Positions 46,664 to 57,225 are shown, counted from the stretch's first letter. The stretch: DNA of 64,000 bases from Candidatus Eremiobacteria bacterium (GCA_963758295.1 CAVWUU010000004.1:768001-832000); one strand, 5' to 3'. Notes: generated from the letters alone by a model not told the origin. Made by a program: numbers and translations.

Positions 46664-47739
46664 CCGGCTTTATAACTTCCTTTGGGTTTGGCGAAGATCA
46701 AGCGTCCCGCGACGGTTTGCAGCACGCTCGTGACGATGACGTCGGTTGCTTCGCCGATGAGGCGGCGTCCTTGCTCGACGACAATCATCGTTCCGTCCTC
46801 GAGATAGCCCACGCCTTGGTGCGGTTCTTTGCCTTCGCGAATGACCTGCACGTGCAGTTCTTCTCCGGGAAGGACGACGGGCTTCACCGCATTTGCGAGC
46901 TCGTTAATATTCAGCACGGCCACACCTTCGACGTGCGCCACCCGATTGAGGTTATAGTCGTTCGTAACCAACCGGCCTTCGAGCTCCTGCGCCAGGCGCA
47001 CGAGTTTCTGATCGACGCTTCCGGCCGGCAAATCGTCGTAATCGCGTTCGTTGATGTCCAACGATGCGAGTTCTTGGAGGCGAGCCAACACGTCCAAGCC
47101 GCGGCGGCCGCGCGTGCGCTTGATCGGATCCAGCGAATCCGCAATCGCGTGCAGTTCGCGCAACACGAAGCGCGGCACCACTAGCGGGCCCTCGAGAAAG
47201 CCGCTTTGCACGATCTCTACGATGCGACCGTCCACAATTACGGAAGTGTCGACGATCTTGTGCGATCCGCTTGCCACGCCGTTGCGGCTCTTCGAAAACG
47301 GCAGGACCTGCGTCTTTGCGCCGACGCGCGCCCCAAGGTACGCGAAGAAAACGGCGACGATGAAGTAGAGCACGATCGCGACGTAACTTCCTGTGCGTCC
47401 GGCAATGGCACTGAACTCGAAGAGAATCGATTTGATGAGCAGCGCGATGCCGAGGCCCAAAATCAGGCCGATGGCGCCGCCGGCTATCTCCGCGGGCGCA
47501 AGCCGTTCGATCGCCCCTTCGGCGAGATTGAGCTCGTCTTCAAAAAAGCTCTGCGCGAGCGGCGCGACCAGCACGCCGATCACCGCGCCGATTACGGGAG
47601 CGAGAATCAGGAATGCCAACTGCAGGCCTTCGCTGGAAAAGTGCAGCGAGAGCACGTTCAAGTACATCTCGCGGCCCAGCAAAAAACCCGTGATGGCAAA
47701 GACGACGGCGAAAACGGCGCGCAGCACTGCGCCCGACAA
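46660..47739 (-). CDS. Membrane PIN/TRAM domain protein (YacL-like)
   Basis: Four TM helices, DTSVIVDGRI, RGRRGLD, TNDYNL, GYLEDGTMIVVE. Confidence 0.92.
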   Translation of the reverse strand: MSGAVLRAVFAVVFAITGFLLGREMYLNVLSLHFSSEGLQLAFLILAPVIGAVIGVLVAPLAQSFFEDELNLAEGAIERLAPAEIAGGAIGLILGLGIALLIKSILFEFSAIAGRTGSYVAIVLYFIVAVFFAYLGARVGAKTQVLPFSKSRNGVASGSHKIVDTSVIVDGRIVEIVQSGFLEGPLVVPRFVLRELHAIADSLDPIKRTRGRRGLDVLARLQELASLDINERDYDDLPAGSVDQKLVRLAQELEGRLVTNDYNLNRVAHVEGVAVLNINELANAVKPVVLPGEELHVQVIREGKEPHQGVGYLEDGTMIVVEQGRRLIGEATDVIVTSVLQTVAGRLIFAKPKGSYKAG

Positions 47740-47744
47740 ACCCG

Positions 47745-48875
47745 TTACTCGAATGTTACAAACGCTCCGCAGACATCGTTGGCGACGTATCGTCCCCGTT
47801 CGGTGAGGCGCAAGTGATCGCCGCTCACTTCCAGCAGGCCCGCTTCATTATAGGTGCGGACTACCGGCGCATAGCGCTCGAGCACGTCGATGCCGTACCG
47901 CTCTTTAAAGCTTGGCAGGCCGACCCCTTGCGCGGTGCGCAGGGCGAGCATGATCGCTTCACCGGTGCGCCGCAGCCCTTCGAGCTGCTCGCTTTCCGAG
48001 GGGATTGCCATCCCAGCTTCCGCCGCGCTCACGTACTCCTCAAAATCTCGTGAATGCACCGAGCGCACGCCTTTCCGGTACGACGCCGCTCCGACGCCTA
48101 AGCCGATATACTCGCCGTTCGCCCAATAGTTGGCATTGTGAGCGCTTTCGTGTCCGGGCCGCGCGAAGTTGCTGATCTCGTACTGAGCGTAGCCGCCTTC
48201 ACGCAAGGCGGAAATGGCAATCTCATAAAGGTCGGCCTCACGATCCTGATCCATGAACGCACGCGGCTCGCGATCGTGCCACGCCGCATAGGGCGTGCCT
48301 TCTTCGATGGTCAGGCCGTACGTAGAAATGTGGTCGACGCCAAGGGCGATGGCGGAGTCGAGCGTCCGGCGCCAAGATTCCGCCGTCTGCCCCGGGACGG
48401 CAAAAATGAGATCGATCGAAACCGACCGCATCGAAGCAAGGCGCGCCAGTTCCACAGCATCCCGCACTTGCTGCAGCGTATGTTTGCGCCCGAGGGTCGC
48501 GATTTCGGCCGGTTCGAAGGATTGCACGCCGATCGAAACGCGGTCGATGCCGGCCGCGCGGTACGTTCCAAAATCGTCCGGCCGTACCAGCTCGGGGTTG
48601 ACTTCTATCGAGATTTCCCGCATCGGACGTCCGCCGGAAAAGCGCTCGCGCAATCGCGTGACGAGCGAGGCAATCTCCGAGGAGTCATACGAATTCGGCG
48701 TGCCGCCGCCTAAGAAGATCGTTTCCGCGGCTTCGGGCGCTTCGCGCTCGAGTTCGCGCAGCAGTGCTTCGAAGTAGCGCGTAGCCGAACTGCGCCGCAT
48801 CGGCCACTTTGCGAAATCGCAATACGGACAGATGTACGGACAGAACGGGAGATGGACGTAAATGCCGAGGCTCAC
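47745..48875 (-). CDS. hemW: Radical SAM heme chaperone
   Basis: YVHLPFCPYICPYCDF, GGGTP, YEISNF, HNANYW. Confidence 0.9.
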   Translation of the reverse strand: MSLGIYVHLPFCPYICPYCDFAKWPMRRSSATRYFEALLRELEREAPEAAETIFLGGGTPNSYDSSEIASLVTRLRERFSGGRPMREISIEVNPELVRPDDFGTYRAAGIDRVSIGVQSFEPAEIATLGRKHTLQQVRDAVELARLASMRSVSIDLIFAVPGQTAESWRRTLDSAIALGVDHISTYGLTIEEGTPYAAWHDREPRAFMDQDREADLYEIAISALREGGYAQYEISNFARPGHESAHNANYWANGEYIGLGVGAASYRKGVRSVHSRDFEEYVSAAEAGMAIPSESEQLEGLRRTGEAIMLALRTAQGVGLPSFKERYGIDVLERYAPVVRTYNEAGLLEVSGDHLRLTERGRYVANDVCGAFVTFE

Positions 48876-48888
48876 GATTTCCTCGGGT

Positions 48889-49743
48889 CTAGTCGTCTTG
48901 AGCTACGAAGATCCCGACCGCGCCTGGTCCTCCATGCGTGGCAATCACCGGGCCGGCTTCCAATATATCCAGCATCAAAGGCTGCACGCCGCCGAGTCTT
49001 GCACGCAGTTTTTCGAGTGCCGCAGCCGCAAGCTCCGGCGCGTTGGTGTGCATTACCAAGAACCGTGCCTTCGCAACGTTGGTGGCAGCTTTGAGCGCGA
49101 GATCGAGCATGGTTTCTTGCGCGCGCGAAAACGTGCGAACTTGCGCTTCGGCGGCAACTTGGCCGTCTTTAAGGGCCAGCACCGGAACGATCTTCATCAA
49201 CGTACCCACAACCGCTTGGGCCTTGCCGATGCGTCCAGTGCGCTGCAAGTGCGAAAGATCCGACAGACACGCATAAAGCCGCTGCGTCTGCCGCTCCTTT
49301 TCGAGCGCCGCTAGGATCTGCGTCATCGTAGCGCGTTGACTAACCAGCTCCGCCGCGCGCATGACCATCATGCCGAGGCCGCCGGCCGCGCTCTCCGAAT
49401 CGTAAATTTCGATTTTCGCATCCGGGAAACGCTGCGCTGCCGCGCGCGCCGCATTGATCGTTCCCGACAGACGCGACGAAATGGTAATGCAAAGAATTTC
49501 ATCGCCCGCTTCGACAAGCGGACGGAACGCATCTTCGAACATCTGCGCGGTCGGCTGCGAGGTGATCGGCAGCGTCTTCTCGCTCTGCAACATCTCGTAG
49601 AATTGCGGGCGCGAAAGATCGACGTAATCGCGGTAACTGCGGTCGCCGAAAACAACGAAGAGCGGAACGACCGTTACGCCGAGCTGCTCCGCACGTTGCG
49701 GCTCGATGTCGGACGTGCTGTCGGTTACGATGGCAATCGACAA
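48889..49743 (-). CDS. DegV family fatty-acid-binding protein (FakB-like)
   Basis: IVTDSTSD, TSQP, SSRLSGT, GRIG, HGGPG. Confidence 0.93.
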   Translation of the reverse strand: MSIAIVTDSTSDIEPQRAEQLGVTVVPLFVVFGDRSYRDYVDLSRPQFYEMLQSEKTLPITSQPTAQMFEDAFRPLVEAGDEILCITISSRLSGTINAARAAAQRFPDAKIEIYDSESAAGGLGMMVMRAAELVSQRATMTQILAALEKERQTQRLYACLSDLSHLQRTGRIGKAQAVVGTLMKIVPVLALKDGQVAAEAQVRTFSRAQETMLDLALKAATNVAKARFLVMHTNAPELAAAALEKLRARLGGVQPLMLDILEAGPVIATHGGPGAVGIFVAQDD

Positions 49744-49746
49744 ACG

Positions 49747-50763
49747 TTAGGCTTCCTTGACGGCCAGGTGCGGCGCAACGAGTTCGGAGATCTTGCCGAC
49801 GACGTCGTGATCGACTTCCGCAATGGCTGCACCGATCGCGTGCTTGATGGCCCGCCGGCTCGCGCGTCCATGCGTGACGATACAGTTGCCGCGCAAGCCC
49901 AAAAGCGGCGCGCCGCCGTAGGTTTCGTAGTCGAACTTGCTGCGCAGTCCGCGAAGCGCCGGCGCGAGCAGTGCGGCGCCCAATTTTGTGATGATGTTTC
50001 CTTGCAGTAACGTGCCTTTGATGACCGAACCCAGGTCTTGAATCAGGCCTTCGCCGGTCTTCAACACGATGTTTCCAACGAACCCGTCGGCCACGATTAC
50101 GTCTGCAACGTTGTGAAACATGTCTTTGCCTTCGATGTTGCCGGTGAAATGCACGGGCGCTTTCTCGAGCAACTGCGAAGCTTCGAGCGTTTGCGCATTT
50201 CCTTTAGTGCGCTCTTCTCCAACGGAAAGCACGGCAACGCGAGGCCGTTCGATGCCGAGCACCGCCATTGCGTACGCGGAACCCATCAACCCGAACTGCA
50301 CCAGCCACTCCGGCCGGCAGTCGACGTTAGCACCGGAATCGAGCAGAACCGTCGGTCCGTTCAGTGCCGGCCAAACGGTCGCAATCGCGGGACGCGCGAT
50401 ACCTTCGATGGTACGCAATTTGATTAGAGCGATCGCCAGAAACGCACCGCTATTACCCGCTGAAACCACCGCATCGGCTTCGCCCGTCTTCACCAGGTTC
50501 ACGGCGATGCCGAGCGAAGTGCGATCGGCGCCCCGCAATGCTTGGGACGCGTGCTGGTCCATCGGGACCGCTTCGGGGGCGTGGACGATGCGAACTCGCT
50601 GCGCCGCTTCGCCCGTTACGAGTGGCCGGACCGCCGACTCGTCGCCGACCAGCGTCAATTCGGCATTGGGATACTCTCGTGCGGCGAGCAGAACGCCCGC
50701 GACGATTTCTTGCGGCGCATGATCGCCGCCCATGGCGTCGATGGCGATGCGTGGGTTACTCAT
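49747..50763 (-). CDS. plsX: Phosphate acyltransferase
   Basis: DAMGGDHAP, SAGNSGA, DGFVGN, YGGAPLLG. Confidence 0.96.
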   Translation of the reverse strand: MSNPRIAIDAMGGDHAPQEIVAGVLLAAREYPNAELTLVGDESAVRPLVTGEAAQRVRIVHAPEAVPMDQHASQALRGADRTSLGIAVNLVKTGEADAVVSAGNSGAFLAIALIKLRTIEGIARPAIATVWPALNGPTVLLDSGANVDCRPEWLVQFGLMGSAYAMAVLGIERPRVAVLSVGEERTKGNAQTLEASQLLEKAPVHFTGNIEGKDMFHNVADVIVADGFVGNIVLKTGEGLIQDLGSVIKGTLLQGNIITKLGAALLAPALRGLRSKFDYETYGGAPLLGLRGNCIVTHGRASRRAIKHAIGAAIAEVDHDVVGKISELVAPHLAVKEA

Positions 50764-52346
50764 CGAGTGAAATCCAATACTCCGCGTTTTTCATGCCGCC
50801 GTAATAATACTCGACGTCGGCTGCGTGCAAAGCGCTCCGAAAGCTCTTCGCTCAAGCGTTGGGCATCCTTTTCTTTCTGCGCTCCGCCGTAGTAAAGCGT
50901 GATCAGGCCGCCGTCGTTGGCACCCATGGCTCCGGCGACCGACGCAACGGTCTCGGCAACGCCGTCGCCGGTGTAAAGGGAACCGTCATACGTCCCTGCC
51001 GGCTTGCCTCGCGCAACGTTGACGCCGCCGAAGCCGGCGTCTTTGCCGGCAAAAAAGACTTGCGCGCTGCGAACGCGCTTCGATGCTTCGAGGATCACGC
51101 CGTCGTCGGCCGCGCCGTCCGTCGTCCCTCGCAAGGCAAAAAGTGCGGCGATACCGCCGACGATGTCGACCGTCGGGATGACGTGCAATTGCTTGTCGGT
51201 CAACTTGCGCACTTCGCTCGCCGCGAGAGCGACGTTCTTGTCGTTCACGAGCAGATAGACTTCGTTACCGAGCGTCTTGTTGATCGCCAGCAGCAAATCG
51301 CGGACGCTCGGATTCCTTTCGGCGCCGACCACGACTTCGGCGCCCAGCTCGCGCACGATTCGCTCGAATCCCGTTCCCGGAACGACCGCTATAATGGACC
51401 GGGGAACATCGGGCTTGTCGACGACCAGCACGTTGTGCTGCTGCTCCATGTTGTCGACTTTCACCCGGGTGAGCGTCCCGCACCGTGACGCGAGGTCTTG
51501 AACCTTCTCCGGATTATCCGTATGAATGTGCACCTTGATCGTCGGCGGCGCCCCAATCACCAGCAACGACTCCCCGCGCGACTCTAACTGATGGCGCAGG
51601 TCTCCTACGCTGCACGTAGCGGACTCCAACACGAACTCGGTGCAGTACTTATTCTCGCCGACCACTTGCTGTGTCGTAAAGACGTTCTGCCGCACCGGCC
51701 GCCGCGGGAAAGCGGTAGCACGGATCTTCGTGTCGGGCAGAAACCGCAGAATGCCCTCGAGGAAATAAACGAAGCCTGCGCCGCCCGAATCAACGACGCC
51801 CGCTTCTTTTAATACGGGCAGCTGCTCGGGCGTCCGATCGAGAGCCTCATTTGCCGCACGAAGCACGCCATTAGCGAGCCGGTAGAAATCCCGCTCGTGT
51901 AAGGCCAAATGATACGCCGCATCGGCGGCCGCCTGAGCCACGGAGATAATCGTGCCTTCGACCGGCCGCAGCAACGCATGCCGGGCCGCGCTCACCGCCT
52001 CACGCATGCCGGTCGCCAGCATAAACGTATCGATCTCGGAACGACGGCGCACGTGGTGCGCGAATCCCCGAAGCATCTGCGAGATGATCACTCCCGAGTT
52101 GCCTCGGGCGCCCATCAAGCTCCCATGCGCTGCAGCTGCCGCCACTTCGCTCAGCGGCGCATCGTGAAACTTGGCAGCTTCCAGCATGGCCGAGCGGACC
52201 GTAAGGTACATATTGGTCCCAGTGTCCCCATCGGGAACCGGAAAAACGTTCAAGTCATTCAAGACCGAGCGGTACTTCCGAAGAAAATACGTGCCGGCCG
52301 CGAGGAACTTGGCGTAGGCTCGACCATCGAGCGCGGTGATGTCCAC
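50756..52346 (-). CDS. DAK2 domain fatty acid kinase (FakA/YloV-like), apparent frameshift near 50825
   Basis: LNVFPVPDGDTGTNM, GARGNSG, YCTEF, KVHIHT; conserved tail DVEYYYGG..YWISLDE lies in another frame; GTG start preferred. Confidence 0.9.
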
Positions 52347-52381
52347 GGCCCCCCGTCTGCTATGAGCCACGATTGGAATCC

Positions 52382-52410
52382 TTGTCAACGCTCGTGGCTC
52401 GTGCTATTAT
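52382..52410 (+). promoter_or_regulatory. Sigma70 promoter of rpmB
   Basis: TTGTCA-N17-TATTAT with TG extension. Confidence 0.6.
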
Positions 52411-52489
52411 CCGGGGGTTGTCCTCACCGGCCCAACCGGTGAAGTGCGACTTTTGTCCAATTTAAGCTTATTTTAGAGGGATCCATTCG

Positions 52490-52681
52490 ATGGCGAAGCG
52501 CTGTGAAGTGTGTGGCAAGGGCCCGAAGGCCGGCAACAATGTAAGCCACGCCATGAATAAGACGAAGCGCCGCTGGCTGCCGAACCTTCAAGCCGTGAAG
52601 GTGAACGAGCGCGGTACCCACCGCACCGCCAAAGTCTGCACCCAGTGCCTGCGGTCCAAGCGCGTAACCCGCGCCGTCTAG
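52490..52681 (+). CDS. rpmB: 50S ribosomal protein L28
   Basis: [27 protein letters not shown]. Confidence 0.97.
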   Translation: MAKRCEVCGKGPKAGNNVSHAMNKTKRRWLPNLQAVKVNERGTHRTAKVCTQCLRSKRVTRAV

Positions 52682-52724
52682 TTTCGTCCTGAGCTGGCTC
52701 GCCGGTCAGCATCATCAGCAAAGC

Positions 52725-52757
52725 AACCGCCGCGCCTATCGCGCGGCGGTTTTCTTT
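52725..52757 (+). terminator. Intrinsic terminator of rpmB
   Basis: AACCGCCGCGC/GCGCGGCGGTT stem then TTCTTT. Confidence 0.8.
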
Positions 52758-52775
52758 GCTTCTGTGGCGGCGCTC

Positions 52776-52947
52776 TTATTGTTCGTCTCTTGAGGGGCGG
52801 GATATCACGCTCCGGTCGCCGCCCGAAAATGCCCCTCGTGGGCATTTTCTGCTTGCGCCACTTTTGCGGCCCTCGCGCATCCTGCGCGCCGCAAAAGCTG
52901 GAGCACGCCCGGAGCGTGATAGCCCACCCCTCAAGAGGCAACAATAA
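52776..52947. mobile_element. MITE-like/structured element with ~40-bp imperfect terminal inverted repeats
   Basis: TTATTGTTCGTCTCTTGAGGGGCGGGATATCACGCTCCGG versus reverse complement of right end TTATTGTTGCCTCTTGAGGGGTGGGCTATCACGCTCCGG; two internal hairpins. Confidence 0.6.
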
Positions 52948-53131
52948 ACGCTATGCCGGCAACGCTCGTGCGCCGCGGAGGTATCGCGGGTGGAAGCGGG
53001 CCCAGAAAGGATGCGGCTCGACGGAATTGAGCGATTAGCGCAGAGAAGCCGGCTTTTCACCGCGAGGTGAGTGGCTGATGGACAGGTGCTGAGCGCAGAA
53101 TCTGACGTGATGCACGGGTGAGAGTCCACCG

Positions 53132-53566
53132 CTACTCAGCCGCAGCGCGCTCGAGAAGCGCCAAATCGGCTAAGGAGCGCGTGATCGATTCCGGTTCTAA
53201 AGTGACCAAATACTCGAGACGCACGTGCGAGGCGTCGATGGACTTGAGGAAGACAGCGCAGAGGACCGGCCCCCGGCGGCTGGGAGCAAAGGAAAGGCTA
53301 AGCAAGCCGCCGGCCATGGAGAATGAGGCCGGGGGGCCGTTTCCTGAGTTGATTTGGGATAGGTACGTTCGCATGTCTAGCAGTTCGGCTACGCTTACCG
53401 TCACGTCGAAGGTTGCGGAGACTGGGGCGGCTTGGGCGTGGACCCGGCACAGCAAGAGGTCTAGACCGTCGGGCTCGACGACTTCCGGGTGCTTGAACCC
53501 GAGGACTTCTAGGCGGACGTGCGGTTTTCGCTCGTCGCTTCCTAGGCGGACGGTGACCGGAACCAT
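53132..53566 (-). CDS. Hypothetical protein (loosely WapI-like)
   Basis: 144-aa ORF co-oriented with upstream operon; family resemblance weak. Confidence 0.6.
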   Translation of the reverse strand: MVPVTVRLGSDERKPHVRLEVLGFKHPEVVEPDGLDLLLCRVHAQAAPVSATFDVTVSVAELLDMRTYLSQINSGNGPPASFSMAGGLLSLSFAPSRRGPVLCAVFLKSIDASHVRLEYLVTLEPESITRSLADLALLERAAAE

Positions 53567-53575
53567 TTCTCAGTT

Positions 53576-54532
53576 CTACCCGTATTGCGTTTTGTGTTTC
53601 GGCGGCGCCATTTTCAAGCGGACGCTCTGGTCCGCGGGTGCCCGCAGTGTTTCAACTTCGACGCTGGACTTTTCGGCGAAACGAATGGCGCGCTCGTCTT
53701 CGACATGGTAGCCGAGCGGATTCCATTTCGCTAACGCAGCTACCGGATCGGCGCAGGCGCCGCCGTAGTTTGTCGTGTTGGCAACGGCGCGCGACGTTAG
53801 AGCGGTCGCAAGCACGGCGGCTGCGAACGGGGAACCGCCGAGTCCTGCGAACGTTGCGACGCTGCCCGCGAAGATGTCGCCGGCGCCGTGTGCCGGATAG
53901 ACCGGGAAGTAGGCGCCGTGAATCCGGTTGTAGCTGTAGCCGTTAGTGAACAGCGACGTCATACGGTGTTTTTCGGGCTGGCGGTCGAACGACGTGATGA
54001 TTACGGCTTGCGGGCCCAAATCGAAGACGCCATTGAGATACTGGAATTCTGAAACGTGGTCTCCGCCGGCGCCCATCAAGACTTCGGCTTCGAAGCGATT
54101 GGGCGTGACGATTTGCGCCAGTGGAATAAGCCAGTCGCGAATAGCGCGCGCGGTTTCTTCGCTGACGTAGAGGCCTTTTTTGAAGTCGCCGATCACCGGA
54201 TCGACCAGTACGACGCCTTTATAGTCGCGTAACGCCGTGGCTACGACGTCGACGTGTTCGGGCTTCGGCAGATAGCCGACGTGGATGATGCCGGGATGCT
54301 GAGCGACGAGAAAATTGACGTCGCGGCGAAGCTGCGCGGGATCGGAAGTGGTCGTGGTACGGCCGGGAATCGCGCCATGCGCGTTCGCGAATTGCGATTG
54401 CGCGAATACGACGCGCGCGCCAAGCGCGTTGGCAATCGCCGTCGTGGCTTGGTTTCCGAAAAAGCCCATACCGACGCTGTTCTGAATGCTTCCGATTAGT
54501 GGAAGAGGTTGCGCTTCGTCTACTGCCGTCAA
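53576..54532 (-). CDS. Pyridoxal kinase-like ribokinase-family protein
   Basis: VGYL, VDPVIGD, TPNRFEAE, HGAGDIF. Confidence 0.85.
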   Translation of the reverse strand: MTAVDEAQPLPLIGSIQNSVGMGFFGNQATTAIANALGARVVFAQSQFANAHGAIPGRTTTTSDPAQLRRDVNFLVAQHPGIIHVGYLPKPEHVDVVATALRDYKGVVLVDPVIGDFKKGLYVSEETARAIRDWLIPLAQIVTPNRFEAEVLMGAGGDHVSEFQYLNGVFDLGPQAVIITSFDRQPEKHRMTSLFTNGYSYNRIHGAYFPVYPAHGAGDIFAGSVATFAGLGGSPFAAAVLATALTSRAVANTTNYGGACADPVAALAKWNPLGYHVEDERAIRFAEKSSVEVETLRAPADQSVRLKMAPPKHKTQYG

Positions 54533-54545
54533 ATCCAGAACTTCC

Positions 54546-55538
54546 TCAGCTAAAGTGATCCCAGCCCGCTTGCGCGAGCGCTTCTTCGCGGCCGTCCTTC
54601 ACCAAGATAAGCCTCTCGTCCGCTTCGACGGTGCCGACCCGTTCCAATGGCCGGCTGAAACGCGCGGCGAAACGGCGCGACAGATGATCGAACGCTCGCG
54701 CCGCGACGGCTACGAGCAGTTCGAAGTCCTCGCCCCCGGCCAGCGCAAACGCCTCGGGATCTTCTTGCAGACGTTTTGCCGCCGCAACCGCCGAATCTGC
54801 GACCGGAACGCGGTCTACGCGCGCACCGACGCGGCTCGCGGCGCACAAACGCGCGAGATCGGTCGAGAGTCCGTCGGAGCAATCCATCATTGCACGAACG
54901 TTGCGGCTTGCGCCAAGCCAACGGCCTTCTTCGACGCGAGGAGCGGGCGCACGATGCGCCGCGAGAGCCTGCATTGCATTTGCCTCGTCGAGCGTCAGCT
55001 CGCCGCGCAATAACGCGAGACCGGCTCGGCTCGCCCCGAGCGGTCCGGTAACTGCGAGCACGTCGCCGGGCAACGCACCGGTGCGCGTTTTGAGATTGCT
55101 CGGACGCACTTCGCCCACGACCGTGATCGCAAGCGTCAGTACGGGCGCGCGGGTCAGATCTCCACCCACGATCGTGCAGCGGCTTTCATCCGCGCAGGAG
55201 ACCAATCCGCGATACAGATCGCGAACGTTGGGCGCGTCGTGCGCCGGAATGCCAAGCGCAATCGTCGCCAGGACGGGACGCGCGCCCATCGCCGCTACGT
55301 CGCTGATGTTTGCGGCCATCGCGCGGCGGCCGATCTCTTCCATCGACATCGATGCTCGGGTAAAGTGCACGTCTTCGACGAGCGCATCGGTGGTGATGAC
55401 GCTGCGTGCCGACCGCGACGGCTGCCAAACCGCTGCGTCGTCGCCGATCCCGACGATAATGCGGCCGCGCTCCCTGCCGGCAATGGCAGCGATCGCCGCG
55501 ACGATCTCGTCTTCGTTTAGCGGGGGTGCGGCGTTCAC
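54546..55538 (-). CDS. thiL: Thiamine-monophosphate kinase
   Basis: GIGDDAAV, NISDVAAMG, GGD, DCSDGL, GGEDFEL. Confidence 0.95.
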   Translation of the reverse strand: MNAAPPLNEDEIVAAIAAIAGRERGRIIVGIGDDAAVWQPSRSARSVITTDALVEDVHFTRASMSMEEIGRRAMAANISDVAAMGARPVLATIALGIPAHDAPNVRDLYRGLVSCADESRCTIVGGDLTRAPVLTLAITVVGEVRPSNLKTRTGALPGDVLAVTGPLGASRAGLALLRGELTLDEANAMQALAAHRAPAPRVEEGRWLGASRNVRAMMDCSDGLSTDLARLCAASRVGARVDRVPVADSAVAAAKRLQEDPEAFALAGGEDFELLVAVAARAFDHLSRRFAARFSRPLERVGTVEADERLILVKDGREEALAQAGWDHFS

Positions 55539-56197
55539 GCGGGAACGGCAGTGTGGCGCATCGTTTGCACCGCTGCACCGGGATTGCGCGTGCCAAAGAC
55601 GCTGGAGCCCATAACGATGACCCGGGCGCCCGCGTCGACCACCGCGCGGATGTTATCCTGGCCGACGCCCCCGTCAACCTCGAGTTCGCACGACGGATTG
55701 CGCTCGTCGATCAGCGCGCGGGCTTCCCGTAGTTTGACGATCGACCGCGGAATGAACTTCTGGCCGCCGAAGCCGGGATTCACGCTCATCACCAAAACGA
55801 AGTCGCAATCCTCGATGACGTCTTGCAACATCGCAACGGGCGTCTGCGGGCAGATCGAAATACCGGCTTTCACGCCGCGCGAACGAATATGTGTGAGCAG
55901 GCGCTGTGCGTGCGGCGTCGCTTCGTAATGGAACGTTACGATATTTGCGCCCGCATGGATGAACTCGTCGACGTAGCGCTCGGGCTCGACGATCATCAGG
56001 TGCGCGTCGAACGGAAGGCCGCTGAGTTTTCGCAAATCACCGATGATTTTCGGGCCCCACGTGATGTTCGGCACGAACTGTCCGTCCATCACGTCGAGAT
56101 GCAAGTAATCCGCACCGCCCGCTTCAACTTCGGCAATCTGCTCCGCGATGCGCGCGAAATCGGCCGAGAGCAGCGACGGCGCGATCTTGATCTCCAT
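55535..56197 (-). CDS. rpe: Ribulose-phosphate 3-epimerase
   Basis: APSLLSADF, HLDVMDG, MSVNPGFGGQ, EVDGG. Confidence 0.97.
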   Translation of the reverse strand: MEIKIAPSLLSADFARIAEQIAEVEAGGADYLHLDVMDGQFVPNITWGPKIIGDLRKLSGLPFDAHLMIVEPERYVDEFIHAGANIVTFHYEATPHAQRLLTHIRSRGVKAGISICPQTPVAMLQDVIEDCDFVLVMSVNPGFGGQKFIPRSIVKLREARALIDERNPSCELEVDGGVGQDNIRAVVDAGARVIVMGSSVFGTRNPGAAVQTMRHTAVPA

Positions 56198-57225
56198 TAC
56201 TTCCCTTTCGGCGACGGAGACGGCGAGGGCTGGCCTTCGTCATAGATTTTCACCGGCTCGCTTCCCAAGCGTGATTCGCCGGCCAGCTTGTCATCTACGT
56301 AGAAGTCCACGACCGACGTGCCGACGGCAGTCACGACGAAATCGAGCTTTTGCCCCGGCTGTGCGTAGGCGGTATACGCGTCGTACTGTCCCGTTGCGTC
56401 GCGAACGCGTAAAACGACCTTCACCGAATCGCTCGAGTTTGCATTGTCGTTAACCGGCACCGAAGCCAGTACGCGCACTTGACGGATGATATATCCCGAT
56501 TCGTTCGGACCTGCGCTCACGTCGAGCGAAACGGGCTCGTACGCGCCGATGCGCGCCCCTGCAGGCGTCGTTTGCTTCGCTACGATTCCGTGTTTCGGTC
56601 CGCTTTTTCCGAGCGGCGTCCACACGACTTGACCGAGCTTGATGTTGCTGCGCTCGGCAAGGTTGCGCGCGTCGTCGATTTTCATGCCGACAAAGTTCGG
56701 CACTTTCGCCGTGGGTGCACCGCCACGGCTCACGACGAGATTCACTTTGTCGCCTTCGAGCACGTTCGCGAGCGGCGCCGGATCCTGATTGATCACGTGG
56801 CCGTCAGGAACGATGTCGCTTTTTTGGTACGTAATTTTTCCGACTTGCAATTTGTTGCGCGCAAAATCCAGGTTCACTTCGCGCATCGACTGATATCGTA
56901 CGTCCGGCATCAAACGCGTGATGATGCCGTCGCTCACCACGAACGAAACTTGGCGTCCTTCGCGGACTTCCGTCCCCGGATCGGGACGCTGGCTGATAAT
57001 GACGCCCTTCGGATACCGGTCGCTTGTGGCGTGATCGATCACCGAAGCCGCAAGCTTCATACGGGTCGCCGCATTCGTTCCGTCCGTTGCGGTTTGGCCG
57101 ACGAACGAAGGAACGGTAACCGTGTCGGCGGGCGGCAGCAGAAAGTCGTGGATCTCCCGTCCGAACCAAACGACGACCGCTACGAACAGCGCGAGGACAA
57201 CCGGGAATACCCAGTCGCGCGGCAC
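56197..57225 (-). CDS. Membrane-anchored protein with three PASTA domains
   Basis: N-terminal TM; VPSFVG, MPDVRY, VPNFVG repeats with SQxPxxG; no kinase domain. Confidence 0.88.
   Translation of the reverse strand: MPRDWVFPVVLALFVAVVVWFGREIHDFLLPPADTVTVPSFVGQTATDGTNAATRMKLAASVIDHATSDRYPKGVIISQRPDPGTEVREGRQVSFVVSDGIITRLMPDVRYQSMREVNLDFARNKLQVGKITYQKSDIVPDGHVINQDPAPLANVLEGDKVNLVVSRGGAPTAKVPNFVGMKIDDARNLAERSNIKLGQVVWTPLGKSGPKHGIVAKQTTPAGARIGAYEPVSLDVSAGPNESGYIIRQVRVLASVPVNDNANSSDSVKVVLRVRDATGQYDAYTAYAQPGQKLDFVVTAVGTSVVDFYVDDKLAGESRLGSEPVKIYDEGQPSPSPSPKGK

Noticed and set aside
50756..50830. Programmed frameshift in the DAK2 gene
   Set aside because: No slippery sequence; more simply one of several indel errors
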